Shown: positions 36,319 to 45,379 of the stretch, piece after piece
Position numbering within the stretch: position 1 is the first letter of the stretch
Layout of the letters: each line of letters opens with the position of its first letter
Position numbers and translations under genes: made by a program
The notes under the pieces: generated by a model
What the model was told of the DNA's origin: nothing
Database searches by the model: none
Seen by the model: only the letters and a program-made list of their open reading frames with translations
Source of the DNA: a virus
Taxonomy: Duplodnaviria > Caudoviricetes
Direction: 5' to 3' (one strand)
Length of the DNA stretch: 55,314 bases
IMG/VR virus record: IMGVR_UViG_3300049009_000899
Span: 1 to 55,314 of that record

Positions 36319-36851
36319 ACCTCCATGATTTTAGAGTCTCCTATTTCCCTGATCATTTTGATCAGGTGCTTGCACATCCCTTCGGACTTGCTCGCGTTCG
36401 CCACTCTTCCGATTCCTTTCGATTCATACTTTCTTCTTTTCCTCCCGTACAGGCTCTTGTCGACATGGTCGTAGAAGTTGAACCTCCAGTTGAAGTCTGG
36501 ACATTCGCACCTGACCAGAATCTCGCTCGACCACAGGCTTATCCTCTCCAGAAGGTATTTGTTCATGTCGCTTGCCACCAACTCCACCGAGGTTCCGCTT
36601 TTCGACTTGAGGTACTTCACCCCCTTGAAAAGCACGCTTGCCTTGTACTCGTTCTGGTTTCCCATGTTCTTCGCCAGAGCCTTGACATACAGGGTTTTCA
36701 TGCCCACGAACGGTATCCACCCCATTTCGGCTATCCTTATCATATCTGTGGAATTCTGTCTTTTTCCCGTTCCGGGAAATGCCTCAACTGTACTCTTATA
36801 AAGTTCGATTGCCGTAGATTCTTCAATTTTTACGAAATCATGAAACCCCAT
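36315..36851 (-). CDS. SWIM zinc-finger protein
   Basis: VRCECPDF...MCKHL (CxC...CxH); CATAAATA upstream. Confidence 0.75.
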   Translation of the reverse strand: MGFHDFVKIEESTAIELYKSTVEAFPGTGKRQNSTDMIRIAEMGWIPFVGMKTLYVKALAKNMGNQNEYKASVLFKGVKYLKSKSGTSVELVASDMNKYLLERISLWSSEILVRCECPDFNWRFNFYDHVDKSLYGRKRRKYESKGIGRVANASKSEGMCKHLIKMIREIGDSKIMEV

Positions 36852-36870
36852 AACTTATTTATGTGTAAGG

Positions 36871-37185
36871 GTGCGTTGTATGAAAGAAAATTCTGGGGAA
36901 ATGGAAATAAATAAACCGATTCCGGAAGGGAAGAAGCGGTTCGAGATGAGAATGCATCCCGGGAAGAACGGGAGCGTGAAGCAAGGCGTGTTCATAGACG
37001 GCGAGCTTCTCGACTGGTCCGTTGAGGTCGCAGACATATTCGAGGCTCGCAAGATGGGTCCGAAGTTCATGCAAAGCGTAAAGATGGACATAGTGAGGCA
37101 TTTCCTTCAGTCCGTATCGGAATTTTTGAACAGGAAGATTTCGGTTGAAGAGTTGAACGAAGCGAAGAAAAACGGATACATTTGA
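36871..37185 (+). CDS. Hypothetical protein
   Basis: About 100-aa ORF; start uncertain. Confidence 0.6.
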   Translation: MRCMKENSGEMEINKPIPEGKKRFEMRMHPGKNGSVKQGVFIDGELLDWSVEVADIFEARKMGPKFMQSVKMDIVRHFLQSVSEFLNRKISVEELNEAKKNGYI

Positions 37186-37188
37186 TCC

Positions 37189-37275
37189 AATCGGGATTGG
37201 CGGCTGCTTTTAGATGCTCCCGTAATAAAGGGGGGTGATTTCACTTCTGAGGAGTACCGAGCCGCCAAACCGGTT
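37189..37275 (+). ncRNA. Candidate structured RNA (nested, bulged long hairpin)
   Basis: aatcgg/ccggtt, ttggcggct/agccgccaa, gcttttaga/tctgaggagt and gctccc/gggggt pair in nested fashion, with G-U pairs favouring the + strand. Confidence 0.4.
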
Positions 37276-37281
37276 GCAGTT

Positions 37282-38772
37282 CTAGAAAAACCATCCAGAC
37301 CTTAACTTTTTACCGAACAGCCTCGCCATCGCCGACTCGTTGGCGTCCTGTTCCTTGTGGCTGAACATTCTGAGGAATTTAGCGAAATGAAGGTGGTCAG
37401 CCGCCTTCTTCGAGAAGTGCTTCATGAAATAGTCCTTGGCTTCCGCGGGCTTGTCGAAACCGCTGAAATCCCCGTCGCTCCCGTCTCCAGCCTTCCCGTA
37501 CACCACCGATTGCAGCCTGTCCAGGGCTTTCTGCGCCACCGGCTTCTTCTGGTGCTGCTCCTTTGCGTATGCCCCGAGAGCACCCATGTCCATGCTCGGC
37601 TTCGCTTCCTCATCGGGAACCTCGACTCCTCCTTCCTCCGATCCTTGTTCTGGCTGTTCCGGTTGCGGGGAAGCTGGCGTTTTCGAGTTCACGAGCATGG
37701 TTGAGAGTGATTCTATGTCGTTGCTCAAATTGTCCAGTTCCGTGCCTCCGAGATGCTGTGATAGCTGGTTGAGGTCCTTGACTGCCGCGTCTATGGACTT
37801 CAAGTCGTATTGGCGGTATTTGTCGGAGCTGGAGGATCTGTATCCGCTCTGGAAAGCGTCTCCCCACGAGCCCTCCCCTCCTCCGAAAGCCCTTTTAGCC
37901 ATGGACCCGAGACCGCCCCAAATGCCGCTCAGCCCAGCCGAGATGCCCTCGCTCTCGTTCAGGTAGGATCCCTCGGATATGTACCAGTCGACGAACTTGG
38001 ACGGGTCCACGCCAGATTCATGCAAAAGTTCGCAGAACTCGCGGATCCTGGTTTCCATCAGTCTTTTCCCGATATGGTTGACGGAACCCCATTCCGCGGA
38101 GCCGACGTCTGGTCCGGCGGAAGCCCTGGCTTTACTGTCCGCAGCCCTCCTTTGCGCCTCGGCTGCAGCCGGATCCAATGGCAGTCCAGGAGAGAATGGG
38201 GCGGGGCGAGCCGGTTGGGCTGGCTGGGCGACCTTGGGTTGCGCCACCTTGAGCTGAGCCTCGTACTGGTTGAGCTTTTGTATCAAGCCGCTGAGGGCGT
38301 CCTGTATGCCCTTGTCTCCGAGTATGCCTCCCCTGGAACCCCTCTTGAAGAGGTCCTCGAGCGACTTCTTCACCTTTACGCTCAGTCCGTGAATGCTCTG
38401 CTCTGGTCGGGTGGCTGTCTCTGCCGTCGCGGGATTCGGTTGCGGGTTGGGCTGAGGGGTCATGGCGGTTCTCGCGTTCTGTATTCCGGTCCCTATCGCC
38501 TGACCGGCTCTCTGAGCCATGCCCGCCACGGCTTGCCCTGCTTTCCTTAACCCAGCCCCCATGTTGTAGGCGAAACCAGCCTCGTTCAGGCTCATCTCGA
38601 TTTCGAGCCAAGAGGATGATTCGGAGACGACGTCTTCGGAATTGATCCCGAACGTGAAAAGCCACTCGACGAAGTTTTCCGTGCATATGTCGTTGCGTTC
38701 CATGATGACGAAGCATTGCTCGGCAAGTTTCATGGTTCTGTCTCGTGAAGAGAAGTCTCTGTAGTTTATCAT
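37282..38772 (-). CDS. Large Ala/Gly/Pro/Gln-rich protein with two-fold internal repeat (possible internal head protein)
   Basis: Repeat CFVIMERNDICTENFVEWL...SLNEAG vs FCELLHESGVDPSKFVDWY...YLNESEG; start moved to MINYRDF. Confidence 0.7.
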   Translation of the reverse strand: MINYRDFSSRDRTMKLAEQCFVIMERNDICTENFVEWLFTFGINSEDVVSESSSWLEIEMSLNEAGFAYNMGAGLRKAGQAVAGMAQRAGQAIGTGIQNARTAMTPQPNPQPNPATAETATRPEQSIHGLSVKVKKSLEDLFKRGSRGGILGDKGIQDALSGLIQKLNQYEAQLKVAQPKVAQPAQPARPAPFSPGLPLDPAAAEAQRRAADSKARASAGPDVGSAEWGSVNHIGKRLMETRIREFCELLHESGVDPSKFVDWYISEGSYLNESEGISAGLSGIWGGLGSMAKRAFGGGEGSWGDAFQSGYRSSSSDKYRQYDLKSIDAAVKDLNQLSQHLGGTELDNLSNDIESLSTMLVNSKTPASPQPEQPEQGSEEGGVEVPDEEAKPSMDMGALGAYAKEQHQKKPVAQKALDRLQSVVYGKAGDGSDGDFSGFDKPAEAKDYFMKHFSKKAADHLHFAKFLRMFSHKEQDANESAMARLFGKKLRSGWFF

Positions 38773-39593
38773 TGTCTTGTTCCCTTTATTTCGAATTCCC
38801 TGAGCCACAGCTGGTATATCAGCGTCTGTGGCGTTTTGCTTTCCTTATATATGAACGAAAGCGATCCTTTGGTGTCCTCGTCCCAAGATTTAAGCCAATT
38901 AATTGGACTGAAGTAGGATTGGTTGTTGAGGAACATGCTTTCGGAGCCCCTTATGGAACTGGTTATGCCTATCACCTTGTGGTTCTCCCTCGTGAAAAGC
39001 GGACCGCCGGAATCGCCGAATATGGTGTAGCAATTGCTTCTCATGAAGCCCTTGAGTTTCTGCGGCTGCCTGGTCTCGACGGAAGTTATCTGCCCGTCAT
39101 CCATGCGGACGTCATCGCCCAGACCATATCCTATCTTGAACACGTTGGTGCCGAAGTAAACGTCTCCGTCCATGTCCATGTCCACGCACGGCATGGCGCG
39201 GTCGGAAAGGAATATGAGGACGGCCATGTCGCGGGAAGGGCTGACGCCGTACACCATGGCTTGATAAACCTGGAAGTCCTTGAGGCGAGACCATTTTTCG
39301 TAGGTCCCGACGCTTACGTTTACGGACGAGGACACGTTCTCGACGTTGTGCGATGCCGTGACGACGGCATTGAGGAACTTGTCGCCCATGTTTTTCGAAG
39401 GGTGTCTCCATGATTTGACTATGAAACCGCTCGCCACAGCCTGACCCGGGGTCTTTTTGCAGTCGTCGCAGTCACAGGATGATTTCTCGTAGCTTATCTT
39501 GACTGTCGGATACAAACTTTTATCGTGTAGTTTTTTGTCTGGCTGGGCACTAAATACCATGAAAGGCAGAAGGAACAACATAAGGCTTTTCAT
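38769..39593 (-). CDS. Secreted trypsin-like (S1) serine protease
   Basis: Signal peptide; ASGFIV, VTASHNV (His), RDMAVL (Asp), FGDSGGPL (Ser). Confidence 0.88.
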   Translation of the reverse strand: MKSLMLFLLPFMVFSAQPDKKLHDKSLYPTVKISYEKSSCDCDDCKKTPGQAVASGFIVKSWRHPSKNMGDKFLNAVVTASHNVENVSSSVNVSVGTYEKWSRLKDFQVYQAMVYGVSPSRDMAVLIFLSDRAMPCVDMDMDGDVYFGTNVFKIGYGLGDDVRMDDGQITSVETRQPQKLKGFMRSNCYTIFGDSGGPLFTRENHKVIGITSSIRGSESMFLNNQSYFSPINWLKSWDEDTKGSLSFIYKESKTPQTLIYQLWLREFEIKGTRQ

Positions 39594-39614
39594 TTTTTAT
39601 CCTTTGGAGGTATC

Positions 39615-39920
39615 ATGGACAGGAGTTTCCTATACGGTATCATAGTGTTGCTGGCGCTTACCGACTCGATAATATATATACAAAAGACAGATCCAAGTTT
39701 GATAGCCAATTTGCTTCCCTTCAAGGAAGGCGAAGACGGCTGGAAATCCAATGATCCCGGCTGGGAAGCCAAGCCCGGGGACGAGAAGAAAGACAAGAAG
39801 CCAGAACAGGAGAAGCCGGCGCCGGACAAGAAGAACGAACTTCCCCCTTGGGAGGGAAAAACCGACGACAACGGCAACAAATGCCACCCGTTCAGGTTCT
39901 GGAAGAAGTCCAGGAACTGA
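39615..39920 (+). CDS. Small membrane-anchored protein
   Basis: GGAGGT RBS; N-terminal TM; Pro/Lys/Glu-rich tail. Confidence 0.65.
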   Translation: MDRSFLYGIIVLLALTDSIIYIQKTDPSLIANLLPFKEGEDGWKSNDPGWEAKPGDEKKDKKPEQEKPAPDKKNELPPWEGKTDDNGNKCHPFRFWKKSRN

Positions 39921-39942
39921 GGCGAGTGAGGATTTTGAATCC

Positions 39943-39970
39943 AAAGCCCCCGGTCGGGGGCTTTTTTTTT
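39943..39970 (+). terminator. Intrinsic terminator
   Basis: aaagccccc-ggtc-gggggcttt followed by a T run. Confidence 0.85.
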
Positions 39971-39991
39971 GGTCTTGTTCTCTATTATGTC

Positions 39992-40207
39992 ATGGAAAAC
40001 TGCTACTTCTACATAGACGGCGATGATGACAACAAGCGCGTGCGCGTGATGTGTGTCGGGTGCCACGATAGCAAGCACAAGGTCGGATGGTTTTATGACG
40101 CGGAAAGGCAAGGATATGGTCCTTTCGATTACATTTGCAGCAAGTGTGAAAGGACGATACACTCGCAGCCGAAAGAGAAACATGAAAATAAACAAGTCGC
40201 TACTTAA
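39992..40207 (+). CDS. Small zinc-ribbon protein
   Basis: MCVGC...ICSKC; start moved to MENCYF downstream of the terminator. Confidence 0.6.
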   Translation: MENCYFYIDGDDDNKRVRVMCVGCHDSKHKVGWFYDAERQGYGPFDYICSKCERTIHSQPKEKHENKQVAT

Positions 40208-40898
40208 GCCTTCGAGAGACAACGATTACCTTGTCGAGTGGATCATAGACGAGCTCCCGGAAGACTATCCTTCGCTCATATATGTCGATGCGTTCTGCGG
40301 CAACATCAACGTGTTGCTGCACAAGAAGAAGTCGAGGATAGAGGTCGTAAACGACACGGACGAAGGCATGACGCAGATATACAGGGCTATAAGGGACGAG
40401 AACAAGGATTTCTCGAAAAGGCTCAATTCGGTCAAGTGCAACAACGAGACCTTCCAGAAGTTCTTCGCGAACAAGGACAAGAAATACGAGGACTACCTCG
40501 AGAAAGCCATCAACGAGTTCGTGCTGAGGAAGCTCAGCAAGGGCGAGGAAAAGAAGATGTTCTCGAACAAGAAGATAGACTGGAAGAAGATAGCGAAGGA
40601 AATAATCCTGCTCAGGGGAAGGCTTCAGGAGACTTTCATCATGAACAAGGACCCGCTGGAGATCATCGGCAAGTTCAACCACTACGACGCTGTCATGTAC
40701 TGCGACCTTCCGAAGAACCTCAAGGAGCAGCAGTACACGAAGATGTCCAGCATGCTTTCGAACTTCTGCGGCAAGGTTCTGGTAAGCTGTTCCGAGCACA
40801 AAATATACAAAACCTACTTCCAGGCATGGAACCTCAGGAGAAAAATGTTTCCAGGCATAAATAAGATGAAGCTGGAGTACATCTGGAAAAACTATTGA
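40182..40898 (+). CDS. Dam (D12-class) adenine methyltransferase homologue with degenerate catalytic motif
   Basis: YVDAFCG, EVVND, MYCDLPK (DPPY expected), GKVLVS, EYIWKNY. Confidence 0.8.
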   Translation: MKINKSLLKPSRDNDYLVEWIIDELPEDYPSLIYVDAFCGNINVLLHKKKSRIEVVNDTDEGMTQIYRAIRDENKDFSKRLNSVKCNNETFQKFFANKDKKYEDYLEKAINEFVLRKLSKGEEKKMFSNKKIDWKKIAKEIILLRGRLQETFIMNKDPLEIIGKFNHYDAVMYCDLPKNLKEQQYTKMSSMLSNFCGKVLVSCSEHKIYKTYFQAWNLRRKMFPGINKMKLEYIWKNY

Positions 40899-40905
40899 GG
40901 TAAAC

Positions 40906-41130
40906 ATGAAGTGCCAATTCGAAGACTGCGACAAGGAAGCCCGCAAATGCGTTCGAAAAGACAAAATAAGCAGCGGCTACACCAGGAAAAATGATTTCTG
41001 GCATTGCGGCGAACACAACGAGGACGAATTGAGTTCCATACTTGAGAGCGAACAGCTTTCCATGCAGATCAAAAACCCGTTCGTCGACGCCAAATGCCGA
41101 TCCAAAATGAAGCCGAAGACCGATAGATAG
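40906..41130 (+). CDS. Small Cys/His protein
   Basis: GAGGT RBS; CQFEDC...HCGEH. Confidence 0.6.
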   Translation: MKCQFEDCDKEARKCVRKDKISSGYTRKNDFWHCGEHNEDELSSILESEQLSMQIKNPFVDAKCRSKMKPKTDR

Positions 41131-41133
41131 GTC

Positions 41134-41361
41134 ATGGACATGATATCTTTCAAAGACTGGATTTATGGTGAGGCTCTGGACACGGAACAGCCAGCCGGCA
41201 TCGTTCCCGGATTGACCGGGGACAACACGGATATAGGAATCAGGAGCAAGAGCTCGACGGACCAGATGCCCGCGGTCAAAGAACCGGACATAGATCCGAA
41301 CAAGATGTTCAAGCCCAAAGAAATTAAAAGCAAAAAATACTATTCAAAAAAAGGACGATAA
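41134..41361 (+). CDS. Small protein with CTS-like N-terminus
   Basis: MISFKDWIYGE. Confidence 0.6.
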   Translation: MDMISFKDWIYGEALDTEQPAGIVPGLTGDNTDIGIRSKSSTDQMPAVKEPDIDPNKMFKPKEIKSKKYYSKKGR

Positions 41362-41636
41362 TGGTTTCTTTCTGCAAGCTTATGGAAAACATGGAAAGGA
41401 ACTCAAGGGACGAGGAGGACAAGGCTGCATTGACCATAGAGAAGGGTCTTGAGGCTGACGGTGACTTCTGGGAGAAGTTCAAGGGGATGCTTCACAACAC
41501 GTCTGGTCTTTCTTCCCTGCTCGGGGTTTCGGAAGACAAGATAGCGACCTGGCACAAGAAGATCCAGGAGGCGGAGGACCGAAACAACGCCAAAAAGAAC
41601 AAGATAGAAGTAGGCAAGAACAAGAAAATAATCTGA
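41361..41636 (+). CDS. Small protein with CTS-like N-terminus
   Basis: MVSFCKLMENME; TAATG coupling. Confidence 0.6.
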   Translation: MVSFCKLMENMERNSRDEEDKAALTIEKGLEADGDFWEKFKGMLHNTSGLSSLLGVSEDKIATWHKKIQEAEDRNNAKKNKIEVGKNKKII

Positions 41637-41646
41637 AGGCGGAAAA

Positions 41647-41976
41647 ATGTCACTTAAGAAATTCTCGGAATGGGCTAAAATCATGGAGGACTTGATTTCT
41701 GGACAAACTGTTCCAAGCAATCCAGTTCCCGGGGTTCCGCCGGTGAACGACAAGAACAACGCCGCCGTCAATGCCGCGCTAGATCAGCTGTACAAACTTC
41801 TCGGATCCGAGACTTCCCTTTGGAACGTGGCTATGGACAGCATCAACAAAGCCCACAGCAATGCGATGATATCGGCGCAGAAGGCAATTAGGTCGAGCCA
41901 GGCTAGACCGGGGATGGCAAGCGGGGGCGAAAATGGCGCAAACGTCCCGTTCCATGGCGGCGCGCCGCAAGGATAA
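41647..41976 (+). CDS. Small protein with CTS-like N-terminus
   Basis: MSLKKFSEWAKIME. Confidence 0.6.
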   Translation: MSLKKFSEWAKIMEDLISGQTVPSNPVPGVPPVNDKNNAAVNAALDQLYKLLGSETSLWNVAMDSINKAHSNAMISAQKAIRSSQARPGMASGGENGANVPFHGGAPQG

Positions 41977-41980
41977 ACAA

Positions 41981-43780
41981 ATGCAAAACGAGCATCCCAG
42001 AAAGACGAAAGAAAGAATTGAAATCGAAAAGAAGATAAAACAGTCTTTGTCCAGAAGCAAAAACACGCACACGTTTTCAATCAATTCAGAAAACATAAAA
42101 GCCATGACGCCCGGCTCGAAAAAAATAGTCCTTGGGAAGACAAGGAACAAGTTCAACAACCATCCCATAAGGATGGGTCAAATATTTGCGACATCGTACC
42201 AGGCTCCGCCTTTCAAGGAATTCAAGACCCCGGAATGGTTCGAATCAGACGGGCAGGAAGACATCGAAGTGTCAATCATAGTTCCATGCCACAAGAGCAG
42301 GGACTATGTCAGGAAGCAGATAGAGGGATGGCAGATCGATGACGGCATAAAAAAAGAGATAATATATGTCGATGACTGCTGTCCGCAAAAGTCTCACCTT
42401 GAGATAGTCAAGTCATGGAGCGCGAGGAAAGGAAACCTGAAAGAAAAAATAGGAAGGATAATTCTAGTGGGAGGAAGGAACGGCGGGTTTTCCAACGCCT
42501 GTAACCTTGGGGCTAAGTTTGCCAGTGGCAAATATCTCATCTTCCTCAACGCGGACACCATAGTCAAGGACGGATGGATAAAGCCAATGGAGGAATGCTT
42601 CAGGCAGATGGAAAACGTGGGTATAGTGGGAAACCTTCATCTGAGAGAGAACGAAGTCATAGACTCCTGTGGCTCAGAGTGGGACTGGAAAACCCTTTCC
42701 TTCCTCCACACGGGCAAGCACATATACCAAGGAAAAAAGATAGACAGAGCCTTCAACCTTCAGAATGCCCCAAAGGACATGCTCACGAGAAGGGAGGTGG
42801 AGATGGTGACCGGGGCGTGCTTCATGATAGAGAAAGAAACGTTCAAGGAGGTCGGAGGTTTCGACACAGCCTATGAGATCGGGTATTGGGAGGATGCCGA
42901 CCTTTGCATGAAGATCAAGGCTCTTGGTCGGAAAATAGTATTCACTCCGGACTCCTCCATATACCATTCTGGAGGTCACAGCAACGCGGTAGCGAATTTC
43001 AACAAGAACAAAGCCATATTCCAGAACAAATGGGTAAGGTCGAACATACTTCGCGGCTACATCGACAACAAGCCGAAAGATGGAAACGAAATCAATTCGA
43101 ATCCAGCCGATATAGCGGTCTACACCGCCATATCGAACATGACGAACAATTACGACAACCTCAAGGAGCAAAAGAGGCACGGAGACGGAGTCGAGTATGT
43201 CGCGTTCCTGGAAGAAAATGAAACCAGCAAAACCTGGGATTTCAGAAAGATGCACGATGAGTTCGCCGACCCAAACAGGAACGCCAAGATACACAAGATA
43301 TTATCGCACAGGTTCTTCCCCGATAAAGAATACACCCTTTGGGTAGACGGTTCGGTAAAGATGGCTTTTCCTTTCAGCGTCAAGAGGCTGGTGGACATAT
43401 ACCTCCAGGATTGCGACATGGTCGTCTTCAAGCATCCGGAAAGAAACTGCATATACGAGGAAGCCAACGTGTGCATTCAGAGGAAGCTTGATGACGAAAG
43501 CACCATAAGGAAACAGATAAAAAGGTACACGAGTGAAGGATACCCATCCAATATAGGTCTTGCGGAATGCACCGTAATTCTGAGACGGCATTCGCCGAAA
43601 ATCATAGATTTCAACGAGGCTTGGTGGGATGAGATAAAAAACGGATCTAAGAGAGACCAACTGAGCTTCAATTACGTGGCAAGGAAAACCATGACAAAGA
43701 TAAAGTTTTTCCCCGGGCACGTCGGTTTCGAAAATTACTTGTTCCACAGGTTGAACCACAACAAAAAAAAGAAATCATGA
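41981..43780 (+). CDS. Two-domain glycosyltransferase: GT2 + DUF616 (TOD1/MUCI70)-like
   Basis: VSIIVP, IIYVDD, NGGFSNACN.GA, FLNAD, GYWEDADLC; second domain VYTAI...YD.L, LWVDG, FKHPERNCIYEE, RDQLSFNY. Confidence 0.88.
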   Translation: MQNEHPRKTKERIEIEKKIKQSLSRSKNTHTFSINSENIKAMTPGSKKIVLGKTRNKFNNHPIRMGQIFATSYQAPPFKEFKTPEWFESDGQEDIEVSIIVPCHKSRDYVRKQIEGWQIDDGIKKEIIYVDDCCPQKSHLEIVKSWSARKGNLKEKIGRIILVGGRNGGFSNACNLGAKFASGKYLIFLNADTIVKDGWIKPMEECFRQMENVGIVGNLHLRENEVIDSCGSEWDWKTLSFLHTGKHIYQGKKIDRAFNLQNAPKDMLTRREVEMVTGACFMIEKETFKEVGGFDTAYEIGYWEDADLCMKIKALGRKIVFTPDSSIYHSGGHSNAVANFNKNKAIFQNKWVRSNILRGYIDNKPKDGNEINSNPADIAVYTAISNMTNNYDNLKEQKRHGDGVEYVAFLEENETSKTWDFRKMHDEFADPNRNAKIHKILSHRFFPDKEYTLWVDGSVKMAFPFSVKRLVDIYLQDCDMVVFKHPERNCIYEEANVCIQRKLDDESTIRKQIKRYTSEGYPSNIGLAECTVILRRHSPKIIDFNEAWWDEIKNGSKRDQLSFNYVARKTMTKIKFFPGHVGFENYLFHRLNHNKKKKS

Positions 43781-44721
43781 ATACGTTAGCAATAGGACCA
43801 GAGATGAACTCTCCGTCGTGGAACTGGGTCGGTTTCGACGCCTCAAGGTTTCTTTCAAAATATTACAACATATTGACTTTCCAAAAGAATGAGAAAATAC
43901 CGAAATGCGATTGCGTCCTTCTCGTCAAGCATCCAGCGCAGGCTAGGGCATTCACGGATAAAAGAAAGGTGGTGTATTGCCCTATAGACCATTACCAGAG
44001 CATGGAAGATATAGTCAGAGACCGAGACCTCATATCGTCTTGCGGTCACATAGCGGTTCATTGCGAAAGGCTAATTCCGATAATGCTCCAGATCAACAAG
44101 AATGTCTCGTATATTGAGCACAACGGAAAATACACTCTGGAAAATCCTTCGGAATACAAGAAAGAGGGTTTTGTTCTTTGGGTCGGAGGATTCCAGTACG
44201 TGCCATATCTGGTGGATTTCATGAGCAAAAGACAAGCCGCATTCGAGTTGAGAATACTCAGCGACTCATCGAACCAAAGGGCTGTTTCTGAAGCAAATAT
44301 TAGATCCAAGCATCTTGGTATCAAAATGAAGATATCCGAGGAGAAAAAAACAGTCAATGGGTTTAAGCTTTTCGATTGGTCCGAGAAGAATCAGTTCGAG
44401 ATGATGTCAGAGTCAAAGGCAGCAATTGACGTCAAGTATGTCAAGCATTTCAGCCAAAAATTCAAGCCTCCAACAAAAGCCCAGAAATACGTCTCTTCGT
44501 CCATACCTTTCGCCACCAACAAGGAAAGCTACAGTTTCGAGTATTTCAGCAAAAGGGGCTTCACTTTGGCGGAACCCCACGACACCAAGAGGTGGTTTTC
44601 CGAAAGATATTGGGAAGAGACAAATCAATTTGCGAAAAATCTAAGGCAAAACATATCAATACAGAATGTCGGTCTCTCCTATAAAAGGATGATAGACGAT
44701 TGCATATATGGGGGTTCATAA
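43777..44721 (+). CDS. Putative glycosyltransferase (GT-B-like)
   Basis: Coupled within the GT operon; VLWVG, KFKPPTKAQKYVSSSIP resembles the GT-B K...Y...G.P region. Confidence 0.55.
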   Translation: MNTLAIGPEMNSPSWNWVGFDASRFLSKYYNILTFQKNEKIPKCDCVLLVKHPAQARAFTDKRKVVYCPIDHYQSMEDIVRDRDLISSCGHIAVHCERLIPIMLQINKNVSYIEHNGKYTLENPSEYKKEGFVLWVGGFQYVPYLVDFMSKRQAAFELRILSDSSNQRAVSEANIRSKHLGIKMKISEEKKTVNGFKLFDWSEKNQFEMMSESKAAIDVKYVKHFSQKFKPPTKAQKYVSSSIPFATNKESYSFEYFSKRGFTLAEPHDTKRWFSERYWEETNQFAKNLRQNISIQNVGLSYKRMIDDCIYGGS

Positions 44722-45375
44722 GTGGAAAACAGCCTTACGGTCATAATGCCAACATGCAACAGGTATGAGGTAGCCCTGCAAAACCTTAAAAACCTGCGGG
44801 AGCAAAAGTACGAAAACCTTCAAATAATAGTGTGCGACGACAGCGACTCAGCCTATTACAAGAAAGGGCGTGATGGATTCAAGAAAAGCCTGGTAGACCT
44901 CAAGGCTTCGTATATCTACTGCGCCAGGTTCGACCTTGACGGCAAAAAGGACTATGGTCTGGCAAGATGCAGGAACATGGGAATCATAGAGTCCAACACC
45001 GAACTGGTCGCATTCATGGACGACAGGATAACAACCGACAACCTCGACTCCCTCAAGAATCTATCATTTCCAGTAGCGAAAACCAAGGATAAGCTTTGGG
45101 CGTTCGGGGACAAGGGGGCGCAAAAAAAGTCGTTCGTGGAGAACTTCTCCGTAGTGAGGAGGTCGCACATCGCGAACGCCGGAATGTTCCTTGAGCGGAT
45201 AGACAAGTATGGGGGCATGACAAGGGAGATATTCAACAGGTGCAAAAGTCAAGGGTTCAAGTTCTTGTATGTTCCAGAGGCGAAAGCCAAACAGGTATGC
45301 AAGAGCAGCGGGTGGGACTACAAACCGTCGCACATAGAGGAAATGAAAAACCTTCTGAGGAAGATATGGAGATGA
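44722..45375 (+). CDS. Glycosyltransferase family 2
   Basis: TVIMPTCNR, IIVCDDS, ARCRNMGI, AFMDD. Confidence 0.85.
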   Translation: MENSLTVIMPTCNRYEVALQNLKNLREQKYENLQIIVCDDSDSAYYKKGRDGFKKSLVDLKASYIYCARFDLDGKKDYGLARCRNMGIIESNTELVAFMDDRITTDNLDSLKNLSFPVAKTKDKLWAFGDKGAQKKSFVENFSVVRRSHIANAGMFLERIDKYGGMTREIFNRCKSQGFKFLYVPEAKAKQVCKSSGWDYKPSHIEEMKNLLRKIWR

Positions 45376-45379
45376 AAAT

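Noticed and set aside
42236-42250. GGTTCGAATC as a tRNA T-arm (similar sequence near 52292)
   Set aside because: Inside clear CDSs, with no cloverleaf or acceptor stem
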